Virus record (IMG/VR): IMGVR_UViG_3300044228_004389
Coordinates: 1-31,328 of that record
DNA: 31,328 nucleotides
From: a virus
Lineage: Duplodnaviria > Caudoviricetes
Direction: 5' to 3' (one strand)
Shown here: piece by piece, positions 1 through 11,100 of the stretch
How positions within the stretch are numbered: the stretch's first letter is position 1
Layout: every line of letters begins with the position of its first letter
Position numbers and translations under genes: made by a program
Notes under the pieces: generated by a model
Told to the model about the DNA's origin: nothing
The model's input: the letters and a program-made list of their open reading frames with translations, nothing else
Databases searched by the model: none

Positions 1-575
1 ATGTCGACGGACTGCCCAGAGTTAAGTTTTTGGGTCACGGAATGACCGCTATTTTCTGTTACAGTAAAACTTACTCTAAATCTAACAGGGTAATTAAGAT
101 CTGTGGCAAAATTGCCAGAACCATAACCGATCGGTTGATTGAAGGAAAATATTCTTATCCTTCTATCACTCGATGGTGCTTGAATATTATCTTGAATGCC
201 ATCTGGGGTTGTTGTAGATCGTTTAATGAATTGCACTGATGAGGTTGTAGAAGCGAGATTGTTCCAAATTTGTTGAACATCCGAACTTGAACTACCTTGA
301 CTGAATTGTTTTCTTGGTTCTATAATTGTGCCAAAAAAAGAATCGTCCAAAGGTCTAAACCCAGCATCTATGGGGGTAATAATTTGGCTTGAAAGATTAA
401 ATAGGCTTAATTTTCGATTGTATTCTCTTATAATACTGGTAAAATGTGGTGAATTAGAAGAAAAAATAGAAAGAAATGTAGTGATGCGCCCAGCAAAATC
501 TCCGCTTGAAAAACGAGTAACATCGAAACTTGCGCGAATTTCTTTTTCTAGTAAGTGTATATTTGTAAGCGACAT
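1..575 (-). CDS. Hypothetical protein, 3'-partial (runs off window start); possibly a virion protein
   Basis: Not in the ORF track. Manual translation from ATG at 575 (MSLTNIHLLEKEIRASFDVTRFSSGDFAGR...QKLNSGQSVD) is open to base 1; Ser/Thr-rich; preceded by GTGTAAAATA motif. Confidence 0.75.
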   Translation of the reverse strand, partial: MSLTNIHLLEKEIRASFDVTRFSSGDFAGRITTFLSIFSSNSPHFTSIIREYNRKLSLFNLSSQIITPIDAGFRPLDDSFFGTIIEPRKQFSQGSSSSDVQQIWNNLASTTSSVQFIKRSTTTPDGIQDNIQAPSSDRRIRIFSFNQPIGYGSGNFATDLNYPVRFRVSFTVTENSGHSVTQKLNSGQSVD

Positions 576-580
576 TTATG

Positions 581-590
581 TATTTTACAC
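581..590 (-). promoter_or_regulatory. GTGTAAWATA motif (putative phage late promoter)
   Basis: GTGTAAAATA on the minus strand, 5 nt before the ATG at 575. Confidence 0.55.
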
Positions 591-629
591 CAAAAGCATC
601 AAACATTATGAAATAAACGGGTATTTTAA

Positions 630-884
630 TTATTCAAAATCTTCGTTGTCTGAATCGATTAAAATTACATCATCTTCGCCGTTTTCAATGGCAATTTCTT
701 CTGTTCTTTCATATTTATTTATAATAATATTATCTTTTAAAATAGACGCGTGTATAACTTCTATAGCAGTTTTTTCGCTTGTAGATTCAATTTTATTGAA
801 TAATTTTATTGCCTCATTGTGTAATGGAGCTTCTTCTACTGAGTTTAACGAATTTTTTCTGTATAAAATTTGAAAATGTGACAT
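630..884 (-). CDS. Small acidic hypothetical protein (84 aa)
   Basis: ATG-started ORF co-oriented with its neighbours and filling the gap; acidic C-terminus; no recognised motif. Confidence 0.65.
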   Translation of the reverse strand: MSHFQILYRKNSLNSVEEAPLHNEAIKLFNKIESTSEKTAIEVIHASILKDNIIINKYERTEEIAIENGEDDVILIDSDNEDFE

Positions 885-914
885 AATTTTATATTTCTTT
901 ACAAGGTTTACACT

Positions 915-1460
915 TTAATTGTAGTCTAGTTTTAAACCTATCGACACTCTATTTGTCTGAGAGCCAACGCAGTGCCAGAAAGGTTTGTCTTTTGAAACTA
1001 AAAATTTTCTATGTTGCCACCCTTTTTTATCCCAGTCTGTAATAACTTCTCCAGTATCTGGGTCTTTATACCTAAAAAAGCTTTTGTTATCTTCAGCGGC
1101 CCAAGTAAAATAAATACGCTCTCCTTGAGCATTATTATTTGTATGCCATCCACAAAAACCATTAGGAGGATACCAAAAGAAACCAGAATATCTTCTTTTG
1201 ATTCCAGTTGATTTCTCAACCATTTCTTTTAATTTTATTTTAAAAAGTTCTTTCTGGTCTAAAACAATACTATTGTAATTATCTTTTCGTTCAACAGAGT
1301 AAGGTTTTTCTAAATCGCCTTCGGCTGATATTTTGTTTAAATTTTCTTCAGATAAAATACTCTCAACATCATAAGGCTTGACGGTATATAATATATTTCT
1401 GTAGGCTATTTTATTAAAATTATCAATAATTGCATCTAATTTTTTATATATATGCTTCAT
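915..1460 (-). CDS. 2OG-Fe(II) oxygenase-like (double-stranded beta-helix) protein
   Basis: YPPNGFCGWHTN ... FWHCVGS ... NRVSIG matches the Hx(D/N)...H...RxS layout; ATGA overlap with the upstream gene. Confidence 0.6.
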   Translation of the reverse strand: MKHIYKKLDAIIDNFNKIAYRNILYTVKPYDVESILSEENLNKISAEGDLEKPYSVERKDNYNSIVLDQKELFKIKLKEMVEKSTGIKRRYSGFFWYPPNGFCGWHTNNNAQGERIYFTWAAEDNKSFFRYKDPDTGEVITDWDKKGWQHRKFLVSKDKPFWHCVGSQTNRVSIGLKLDYN

Positions 1461-1942
1461 ATGTGAAAAATTGCATGAATTGGGTTACCGTCTTTAATTG
1501 TTATATTATAATATCTTTTTAAAAAATTTAAATATTTTTTTTCTTTCCTACTTAAAGTAGTATGAACTTCATTAAAGCCTAATGGTTTCATACCATTAAA
1601 AGCTTCGTAGGAGGCTTTAAACATTGTTGTATTCATTTTAAATTCTTGAGATTTAAACATAAAAGCAACGTAACACACTCCATTTTCTATCTTAAAACAC
1701 CAAAATCCAAAAATTTTATTACTTTTTTCGTCAATTACAACGTCATTGTACTGACAAGAGTTTATCAAATCTTTTGTTTTTGATTTAAAAAAAGCAAATT
1801 TTTCAGTAAACGTCTTATACTCTATATCTGATTCGTAATATGCTGTTTTAGCTTTACGTTGGAATTTCATTATTTGATAAGATAATTCGTCTAAATATTT
1901 AGATTCGTAAGGTATTATTTTATAATTTTCGCAAACTCTCAT
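1457..1942 (-). CDS. GNAT-fold acetyltransferase-like protein (paralog 2)
   Basis: N-terminal KIIPYESKYLDEL strand-helix, VVIDEKSNKIFGFWCF hairpin, size about 160 aa; visibly similar to the adjacent ORF. Confidence 0.45.
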   Translation of the reverse strand: MRVCENYKIIPYESKYLDELSYQIMKFQRKAKTAYYESDIEYKTFTEKFAFFKSKTKDLINSCQYNDVVIDEKSNKIFGFWCFKIENGVCYVAFMFKSQEFKMNTTMFKASYEAFNGMKPLGFNEVHTTLSRKEKKYLNFLKRYYNITIKDGNPIHAIFHI

Positions 1943-2439
1943 TTTAAAAATTCTATATATACCCTATCGAACTGATCTTTTCGCATGACATTAATTTTAA
2001 AACACTTTTTCATAAAATTGACATATTTATCGTATTTGTCTCTTTTATTCAAACATGCGAAAATCCTTTTATTAGGAAACTCGTTGTGCATTGTTAATAA
2101 TAATAAGTATTTAAGGAATTTATTATAAGGTATTGTTTCGTCTTTAAAAACTAAAATTAAATCAACTGCCTCTTCAGCGAGGCTGCTATCATGAAAACAC
2201 GCATAGGCTATAATAGTATTTGTATCTGTGTCTATGCCAACATAATGATATTTGTGATCTTTAATTATTTTTTTTAACTCGCCATTTAAATAAGGTAAGA
2301 AAAATATTGGTTTTTGGTCTTTACATATGCTATGATGTTGGCTTAGCTTAGCTTTTGCTTGAAATTTAAGAAAAAGCTTAAATACATCTTCAAAATCTTT
2401 GGATGTATATTTTCTATATGAAATGTTTGTAGGGCACAT
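1939..2439 (-). CDS. GNAT-fold acetyltransferase-like protein (paralog 1)
   Basis: SYRKYTSKDFEDVFKL and VGIDTDTNTIIAYACF. Start placed at ATG 2439 (MCPTNIS) rather than 2493, which would overlap gpL head-to-head. Confidence 0.5.
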   Translation of the reverse strand: MCPTNISYRKYTSKDFEDVFKLFLKFQAKAKLSQHHSICKDQKPIFFLPYLNGELKKIIKDHKYHYVGIDTDTNTIIAYACFHDSSLAEEAVDLILVFKDETIPYNKFLKYLLLLTMHNEFPNKRIFACLNKRDKYDKYVNFMKKCFKINVMRKDQFDRVYIEFLK

Positions 2440-2458
2440 TTTATTTTTATATTTTTCG

Positions 2459-2468
2459 GTGTAATATA
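2459..2468 (+). promoter_or_regulatory. GTGTAAWATA motif (putative phage late promoter) for the tail-tip operon
   Basis: GTGTAATATA 4 nt before the gpL ATG in a 33-nt divergent intergenic gap. Confidence 0.65.
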
Positions 2469-2472
2469 CTAC

Positions 2473-3537
2473 ATGGCAAATGGAATAAATCAAGATTTTG
2501 CAAGGGCTATTTTTGATGTGGAACCAACAGCGTTGTTGGAGCTATATACTTTGTACTATGATTATCAGAATGATTCGCAATCTCAGCTTAATTTTCATGG
2601 AGGCACAAACGGAATAGGAGGCGTAATAATATTCGATGGTCAAGAATATTTGCCTTTGGCTTTGGAATCTCAAGGATTTGATATATTAGGAGATCAAAGA
2701 CTGCCCAGACCAATCCTAAAAGTATCAAATGCTGGACTTTATGTCTCATCTCTTCTAAGGCGCTTTGATAACTTAAATAATGCAAAAGTAGTAAGAAAAA
2801 GAACATTTTTGAAATTTTTAGATGATGCTAACTTTCCTAATAACCAAAATCCTTATGGAACAGCCAATCCGAGCGCAAGAATGCCAGATGATAAATACTT
2901 TATTTCTAGAAAAGTAACAGAAAATAAATTAGCAGTAGAATTTGAGCTAGTATCAAGCTTAGAGCTTGAAAATATAGAAATACCAGCAAGAAAAATATCA
3001 TCAAGATATTGCACTTGGATTTACAGAGGTTTTGGATGTCGATATGGATATAATAAAACACAAGCAAAACACGATAGACCCATAGGAACATCAGATGATG
3101 TAACGTTTGTAACTGGCGCAGGAAGTACTTTTAGGTTAAATAGCGATCTAATTCCAAACGATGGATCTAAAGCCAATAGTCATGACGAAAAAACAACTGT
3201 TAACGCTTGTATAGACGATAAAGGGCTTTGGGATACTGGGGTTGCATATGTACAAGGTGATTATGTTTTTAAATTTAGTGACAGAGTAAGTGAGGGGCAA
3301 GGTCTTACATCTAATTACTATCAACAACACCCAGTTTATTACATATGTAAAAGTGGCCATACGTCAGCTAGTGGCGCACCACCAGAGAAAAAACCAGACT
3401 TATGGATAAAAGATGAATGCTCTAAAAAATTATTCGGTTGTAGATTAAGATACGCAAACGAAGATTTCGGAGGAATAAATAACAATAAAGATCTTCCTTA
3501 TGGAGGATTCCCAGGAACGGAGAAATATTCTTACTAA
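2473..3537 (+). CDS. Lambda gpL-like minor tail (tail tip) protein L
   Basis: LELYTL, FHGGTNG, YLPLALESQGF, RPILKVSN, VVRKRTFLKFLDDANF, VEFELVS; C-terminal CTWIYRGFGC...DECSKKLFGC (four Cys, Fe-S type) and PYGGFPG. Confidence 0.93.
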   Translation: MANGINQDFARAIFDVEPTALLELYTLYYDYQNDSQSQLNFHGGTNGIGGVIIFDGQEYLPLALESQGFDILGDQRLPRPILKVSNAGLYVSSLLRRFDNLNNAKVVRKRTFLKFLDDANFPNNQNPYGTANPSARMPDDKYFISRKVTENKLAVEFELVSSLELENIEIPARKISSRYCTWIYRGFGCRYGYNKTQAKHDRPIGTSDDVTFVTGAGSTFRLNSDLIPNDGSKANSHDEKTTVNACIDDKGLWDTGVAYVQGDYVFKFSDRVSEGQGLTSNYYQQHPVYYICKSGHTSASGAPPEKKPDLWIKDECSKKLFGCRLRYANEDFGGINNNKDLPYGGFPGTEKYSY

Positions 3538-3911
3538 TGAGTATAAAAAGCAAAATAGAATTTGAGTGCGAAAAAGATACATCACAAGAGCGTTGTGGTT
3601 TTGTCGTTCATAAAGATGGAGAATTAGATTTAATCATGTGCGAAAATCGAGCAGAAGATAAAAAGAATGAATTTTATATACCAGCAAAAGAGTTTCTCCA
3701 TGTTAAAAACAATAATGATATTGTGGCTATTTATCATTCTCATAATGACGGAACAGAAAACGCCTCTCAATTTGATATTCAATCTGCTGATATTATTTGT
3801 TATCCATTTTTAATTTATTGCACTAAAAACAACAAATTTGGTGTTCATACTCCAGAATATTCAGACGCAAAAAAAGAACATTTTGAACAACTAATGGAGG
3901 AAATAGCATGA
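3537..3911 (+). CDS. gpK-like JAB/MPN metallopeptidase (no NlpC/P60 domain)
   Basis: ERCGFVV ... IVAIYHSH ... SQFD JAMM motif; located between L and I; TAATG coupling. Confidence 0.88.
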   Translation: MSIKSKIEFECEKDTSQERCGFVVHKDGELDLIMCENRAEDKKNEFYIPAKEFLHVKNNNDIVAIYHSHNDGTENASQFDIQSADIICYPFLIYCTKNNKFGVHTPEYSDAKKEHFEQLMEEIA

Positions 3912-4507
3912 CTGAAATAGTATTACATGGATTAGTTTCTAAAAAATTTAAAGCTGTTCATAAAATGGCAAATATAAGAACTCCTATAGATGCTGTTTTT
4001 GCTATAGACGCTAATTACGATGGATTTAAAAATTTTTTTTTAAAAGAGGCGTCAATAAATAATTATTACCAATTTATTGTAGACGGAGATTTAGTAAAAA
4101 ATGCTAATCAAGCACTAGAAAAAAAAGAAATAAAAAAAATAGATATAGTTCCCTATATTGGTGGGAGTGGCCCATTTCTTGTAGCATTTGCTGTTAATTT
4201 AGCTATTGGCTTAGTTATGGCTGGTATACAATATTTAATGACGCCCATACCCGAAAACGAACCAAAATTAGTGGTTGCTCAGTTAGGGGGTAATTCTTTT
4301 TGGTTTGCATCTAAATCTAATTTTACTCAACAATATCTTAATGCGCCCATAGGATACGGAGAGTTAAGAGTCGGATCTAACACAATAGAAACACAAATTA
4401 AAGCAACAAACAGGAATGAAACAGTTGGCAAGACCACTGCTGGTGGTAGTATTTCAAGTTCAGCTGGCGCTGGCGGTGTCGGTGGCGGAGGAGGGAGCTC
4501 TTACTAA
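3908..4507 (+). CDS. Lambda gpI-like tail assembly protein, copy 1
   Basis: IVLHGLVSKKF N-terminus, beta-grasp region ending IDIVPYIGGSG, hydrophobic helix, PIGYGELRVGS; Gly/Ser tail. Confidence 0.88.
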   Translation: MTEIVLHGLVSKKFKAVHKMANIRTPIDAVFAIDANYDGFKNFFLKEASINNYYQFIVDGDLVKNANQALEKKEIKKIDIVPYIGGSGPFLVAFAVNLAIGLVMAGIQYLMTPIPENEPKLVVAQLGGNSFWFASKSNFTQQYLNAPIGYGELRVGSNTIETQIKATNRNETVGKTTAGGSISSSAGAGGVGGGGGSSY

Positions 4508-5193
4508 TGATGACAAAAATAAAATTACACGGTAAATTATCAAAAGATTATGGAGATTCTTTTGAATTTAGTAATATTAATAAACCTTCCGATGTGGTTA
4601 AAGCAATAGAATGCATTCTGCCAGGATTTAGAGATTCAATTATTAATGCATCAAAAAAAGGTGGTCATTATGAAATAATCGTCAACGGGAAATCAAAAAA
4701 TGCATTTGAATTGAATCAAAAAGAAAAAAATATAAATCAAGTCGACATAGTTCCTTGTTTAATGGGGCATGGTGGAGGCGCTCTTGCTGTAGTGTTAGGT
4801 ATTGTAGCTGTGGGTATAGGTATAAGTGCAACAAGTGTTGCCGTCTCTGCATTTTTTATAGCTTTAGGAGTTGGTTTAATTATAGCTGGAATTATGTATC
4901 TATTAACACCTATTCCAGAAAACGAACCTAACGAAGCGAGCATAAGAGCTTCTATTAGAAACTCATCTTTTTTATTCCAAAATCCAAGTAACACAGCAGT
5001 TCAAGGCAGAGCTATACCTATTGTTTATGGACAATTAAGAGTTGGGTCTTATGTTGTTGGTACATCTGTTACAAATTTTGAACTGCATGAAGATACACAG
5101 CTTCAAAGAAGATTTTCAGCAAATAACACAAATGCATTATTAAAAATACAAAAATCTTTCGGAAGCTCTATATCTGAATTATATAGAACTTAG
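4507..5193 (+). CDS. Lambda gpI-like tail assembly protein, copy 2
   Basis: IKLHGKLSKDYG, VDIVPCLMGHGGG, hydrophobic hairpin, NTAVQGRAIPIVYGQLRVGS. Confidence 0.9.
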   Translation: MMTKIKLHGKLSKDYGDSFEFSNINKPSDVVKAIECILPGFRDSIINASKKGGHYEIIVNGKSKNAFELNQKEKNINQVDIVPCLMGHGGGALAVVLGIVAVGIGISATSVAVSAFFIALGVGLIIAGIMYLLTPIPENEPNEASIRASIRNSSFLFQNPSNTAVQGRAIPIVYGQLRVGSYVVGTSVTNFELHEDTQLQRRFSANNTNALLKIQKSFGSSISELYRT

Positions 5194-5195
5194 CG

Positions 5196-8100
5196 ATGAA
5201 AGAGTATTTATTAGAAAAATACAAAAAGGTTTACGAAAACTCTATTTTTGGTAGTGAAGACGGTCCAGAGGGTGGTGGAACTAATGTAAATCAAGCTAAT
5301 GCTGATAGACTAAGTAGTGGATTTGCTAGATTAATGCCTCCACTTGCTAATGACTTATTGCTATCAAGTGCCGACTTAACGGCATCAGATTTTGTCTCAG
5401 AAGGCCCAATTGAAGGATTTGTTGATAATAATGGTGCTTCCTGTTCGCCATTAGAGGCTACATTTTTAGATGGAACAGTTGTAGCTGAAACAGCCTCATT
5501 AAAAAAACAAAGTCAACCTTTAATTATTCAAAAATTAAGTGGCGTAGAATTTAATTATAAACCTTTTGTTAGTGGCGAATTAAATAATTATGTAGATTAT
5601 TTAAATTCTAGATTTGTACATAAAGAACCCATAGTAAATCATAGTTGGATTCAAGGTAGGTCAGACACTAATGGAGATTACAACAGTACTGTTAATACTT
5701 TCAGAGGGGGTGTTGTAAATCCATTACAAGACATAAATGATATTTTAAATTGCACAAGACAAGGTCTGAAAAATACCATAATGAGATGGGGCCCTGGAGC
5801 AAAAGGAGCAGGTGGTGCAACCGATACAGCTCAAATGGAAATAGCTCCAAATGAAATGTTATATAGATATGCTGGTGCTGGATTTAGAAAAGTGCCATAT
5901 TCATATAGAAAAATTTATCACCCAAATTCTGTAGTTAATAAAACTGATTATAGCATACCAAATGCTTATGTATTTAGTGAAGATCAACCAGTTTTATATC
6001 AAGGTAGTTATGACTTTGGATGCTCTATAACTGAAAGGGGATTTTTGGACAGATCATTTTGTAATAGAGCTTTTTTTAAGTTTATAGCAAATCCTACAAG
6101 CACGAATGGTGGAAACTATACAAACCATCAAAGATTTTGCGCAACGGCAGTAAGATTAACTGGACATTACGATGATAGATTTTCAAACGGAAAGCCTGGA
6201 AAATATACATATTCATTAGCCGCACAAGCAGAGCCAGAGGGTTTAAAAGAACCGATTATAGATACTGTAGCAAGTGCTATAAATTCAATAGGATTAGACT
6301 ATTGGAAGCCTGTAAGGTTTCATGAATCTTATGTTCAATTATTACCAAAAACATCAGCAGAGACTCTTGCTGGTGAAGTAGATCATCATAGCCACACTCG
6401 TTTGGCTGGGAAAGCCAACAAAACTCCAAAAAATTTCGACTATCGAAGTGGCACTTCGACTGAGTCAAGATCAATAGATGATGGAATCGTAACATATAAC
6501 ACATGGACTTCAAGAAGAATCTATGTAGAAAAAAGCGAGGCGTCATATGACGCTAACACTCAGACAGTTACACCTTATACTAACCAAACCACTCCAGGCG
6601 CCAGCGGACCTAATGATCAACCAAAGTTAGTAGCTAACTTGGGCGAGGAGAATAGACTATTTAGCGAAAAGTTGGTTGTTATGGATGAACCAGAAGTAGT
6701 ACCAGAATCTCAAGCAGCTGTAATTCAATTAAATTGGGTAATATATTCTACCGACGTGGCTGTCCAGAGGAGAGGAGGCAGTGTACTTAAAACTAGATCT
6801 TGGAAATTAGATAGTTCTAATCCAGTCTCTTTTGTAAGAAGAGGAGTTTATTTTGGAACGCCAACCTTAGTTTTAGATGGTCTTACGGCATACACTCCTC
6901 CTGCTGATTCGGCCGATATGACAGCAGGCAGTTTGCCAACTATAACATTTGAGGTTGGAGAGGGTGGAGCCTTAACAAACAATTATACGGTTACTAATGA
7001 AGGAAGAGTTGATGGCGCTGGCGTCGGTAGCTCCCAAGGTAATGTAACTATACAAGGTATTTATTCTCCAGAATCGCAGGTAGCTGGTTCAACTTATTCT
7101 GTAACCGTAAATGATGTTAACCCTTCTCCTTTTGTTTCTTCTATAACAAGAGCATTTTTACAAGAAGGGTCGCTACCAGGAGTTAGTGGTAATACTCAAA
7201 GATGGTATAAACCCAATAAAACTTACAGAATTACTGGATCACTTCATTTCCCATCAAGCAATGTTAAAGTTGATAGTTTTAATTTTTATTTATTAGGAGA
7301 TCAATCACAAGGTATAGAAGGCCAGAACATAGCAACAGTGGGCCCATTTAAAGACGACAATTGGAGAGATTTTGATTTTGAATTTACGAACAGCGGGAAT
7401 CGAAGTTTCAGAAAAATGAGATTTAATTTGAAGAAAGGAGACGATTTTACTGGATTAACTCAGACTGGAGACTTTATAGGAATTAGGGATTTTACGGTTT
7501 TAGAAAAAACATTAGGAGGTGAAGAACAAGCAAAAGACCCACGCATAGCATATATGACTTTTGCGGCAACAGATTTTTTAAGTACGGGCACTACACTTAA
7601 TGTTGGTGGTGTAAATTACGATTACCCTTTTACCACAGATGTTTCTTTGGGCGGCGATGCAAAAATAGATTTCTCCTTAGACGGAACTCCTATTAATGTA
7701 GGAGATCCTAATGCATTAAAATTTGTATTTCCTAAAATAACTGGCTTTGATTTATCAACAAAACAAATAAATGAATCTATAACTTTAAGAACAGTTACTA
7801 ACGAAACTACAAATTGTGGCACAAGATATCAAGAGGACATGAAATATCCTTTTGTCACAGGAGCAGAAAACACAGAGACTATAGGGTTTCAATTAAAAGA
7901 ATCAGAAACTGAAGATGTAGAAGGGTCTTTTTTGTGGCCAGTCTGGGTGGGCGATTCGCCTCCAAAAAATACTGCGGGAAACCTAGACACTGGAAAACTC
8001 CTTGTAAGAATAAGAAGCAAAAATGAAGATTTAGCAAATAACCCACAAGCAGCTGCTGCAGTACAATCGGGAATAGATAACGGTTGGGATGTTTTTGGAT

Positions 8101-11100
8101 ATGTAGAACCAGATGCGCCAGTTAACCCACCCAGTAGTGAAATTGTTTATCTGCACGTAGAAAACCCAAATTTAGGGGCACCAGATGCTAACGTTACTGG
8201 CAAATCATTAAATATAACTGTTCAACAAAATCAACCAGAAACATTTAACTTTAATAATTTTAGAATAGATTACAATTTAGGAGAAGAAAATCAACAACCT
8301 CTTAGTAACGAAAGTGTTACAAGTATAGAATATAATAAAAATATATTTGGGCCTAATGAAATTTTTAGAGCTGGTGCTGTTATAGGAGAAAAAGAGATTG
8401 CAACCGCTGAGGTTTCGCTCTCAAGATTTGATTATGGCACTGGCCCTTTGAGCCATAGGGGAGCTACATATTATAGATGGCGAATAGACAGCGTAAATAT
8501 AACAGATGGTGGCTCAAATTATTCTAATAATGTTACATTAAATTTTAATTCAAATTTAGAAATTTATCAAGATCCAAATCCTACTATAAATGTTAGCAAT
8601 GGCGTCGTTCAAAGCGTAACGTTTGCTACAACAGCCGATAAAGGAGAATTTGCAGGAAGTGGTTTCATTTTTGGTAACTACAGCGCGCATACATACGGTT
8701 CAGACCCACCAACAGTCACAGCTCAAATTGTTGACGAAGGAGAAGGAGGCGTTGTAGCAGGCGACCTTTCTTTAAATTTGACTGGAGATAATACAGATTA
8801 TAATTATGGAATGAGAAAATACAGCGCCATAGACGGCACTGCAAGCTCGGATATTGAACCAGACGGAACATATCAATCGGATTGGATGGAAAATTTACCA
8901 TTAAATTCAGATATCACTCCTTTAATTCATACCGTAAATAGACGAGATGTAGACTGTGTTAAGGTAACATTAATCATAGAATCACTTTATCAACAAATAA
9001 TACAAGAACAAGATCCACTCGCGACTTCTATTAAAAGAGATGGTTTAACTATTAATTTTTCTATTTTCACTTATTTTGATGGGGTAGTGGAAGATATATA
9101 TCCAAAAAATGAAACTAAAATAAGTTACTTTGGAACAGTCAGTGATTTTTATGCAGTTGATACTGACGAAATAATATTGCCTACTTATTCTGATCTTTTA
9201 CCCTTCTATCCAGGGGAAGACGTTAAAAGTTTATCACAGAAGTTTCCTAGGATAGTAGAAATTAGAAAAAATGATTTTGAAACAAATAGCGTAAGAATGG
9301 GTAGAGATGCGAGAGTTTTTCAAGTAATAGAAGTTGTAAAAGAAAGATTTAAATATCCATTTTCTGCAATCATGAAAACAACTCTAGACGCAAGAACTTT
9401 TAGAGAACCCCCTAATAAACAATGGAGGCTAAGATTAAAAAGAGTTCAAGTTCCTTCTAACTATTATCCTTTGGATTTAGATGGAAGTGATAAAAGATTT
9501 GTTAAAAATGTTTCACAATTAGGAACTAGAATTGTATACGATGGAGATTGGGACGGAACCTTTAAATTAGCTTGGACTGATAATCCAGCTTGGATTCTTT
9601 ACGATTTATTAACAAATCAAAGGTACGGAATTGGAAACAGAATAGATGATTTAGAAGATATAAATATATTTAATTTATACAAAATTGGAAGATATTGCGA
9701 TTCTGTAGATGATAATGGCCATTTTGTAGGTTTAGATGATGGAGTCGGTGGATTAGAGCCAAGATTTTCTTGCAATATAATGTTAGCATCAGCACAAAAT
9801 GCATTTAAGACTATAAATGATATTTGTACTGTTTTTAATGGCATGGCTTTCTGGGCTAACGGAAGATTAGATTTTTTTGCAGATCAACCAAAAGACCCAA
9901 TGACATTTTTTAATAATGAAAATGTTTTTGATGGTATATTTAATTATCAAACAACAAACAAATCATCATTATTTAATGTAGCAGAAGTAACATTTTTAGA
10001 TAAGAGAGATGATTTTACCGCTAAAAAAGAAACCGTAATTGACGAAGAATCAATGCGACAAAATGGAATTTTAAGAAGAGATATAAATGGTAAAGGTTGC
10101 ACTAGTAGAGCGCAAGCAGCTAGGTTGGGTAGGTATATTTTGTATACCAATAAACTAGAAAGAGAAATAGTTAATTTTAAAACATCAAGCCAAAGTTTAA
10201 TGCTTTCTATTGGAGATGTAATAGAAATACAAGATGATCTTAAAAACTTTGAAGCAAGTTATGGCAAGCTTTTAGAGTATGAAGTAAACTCAGTTGGCCA
10301 TAAATTTATCAAAATAGAGGATAGGCCAAATGTAAATTCAATATTAACTAATCATTCTGGAGCTTTTGTAATTACACCAACTGGACAAGATACACTGACT
10401 GAATTATATGATCATATTAAAGGCGGTAATTTGGTCACAAATGAAATATTAAATAACTTGTATGACCCGCAAGCGGTAAAGTTAAAAGTAACTGGAGCAC
10501 AGCAAGATGGAAATCAAATTAAAATAGGTGTATCAGATTCAAACTCTTATTTAAATGATGTGCCAACTGGTAGTCTTATCAATTTAGACCTACAAAATAG
10601 AAGGAAGCATCAATACAGGGTATTAAGTATAAAACCAGAAGAAGATAATCTGTATGCAGTAACAGCTACAGAATATAGAAAAGAAAAATTTGATTTAATT
10701 GAAACTAAAGAAGATTTTAAAATAGAAGAAGAAGACAGCTTTAATGTAGGAATACCAAATCATGTTATAAAGAATATCACCGAGCCAATTGGTTTTGATG
10801 CTAATGTGGTCACTGTAAATAGCAGAGAAAGACATATACAGTTTGAGATTACAGGAAGTAGCAATGGAAATGAAACTGCTTATCAATTGACCGCTATTGC
10901 TCCAAATGGTAAAGTAGATAGTAAAATTGTTCCTAAAGCAGAAGATATTTCTGTAGGCAATAATTATTATCTCACGAAAGGCGAAATTAAAGATGTACAT
11001 AGTTTTGGAACTTATAACTTTGAAGTTAAATCACTGGGATCAGAGGATATATTTGGAACTCCGTCTTCAATAGATTTTACTAGTTCACAAGTTTCTTTTG

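Noticed and set aside
30-873. Plus-strand ORFs 30-239 and 328-873 from the ORF track
   Set aside because: They are antisense shadows of the minus-strand genes (1-575 and 630-884), with non-ATG starts and no motifs.
2440-2493. Longer N-terminus for the GNAT-like ORF (start 2493); likewise starts 27683 and 28200
   Set aside because: These extensions overlap a divergent gene, a promoter or the upstream gene; ATGs at 2439, 27668 and 28182 fit better.
4436-4504. GC-rich GGT/GGC run at the end of gpI-1 as a DNA repeat or structured RNA
   Set aside because: Explained by a Gly/Ser low-complexity protein tail.
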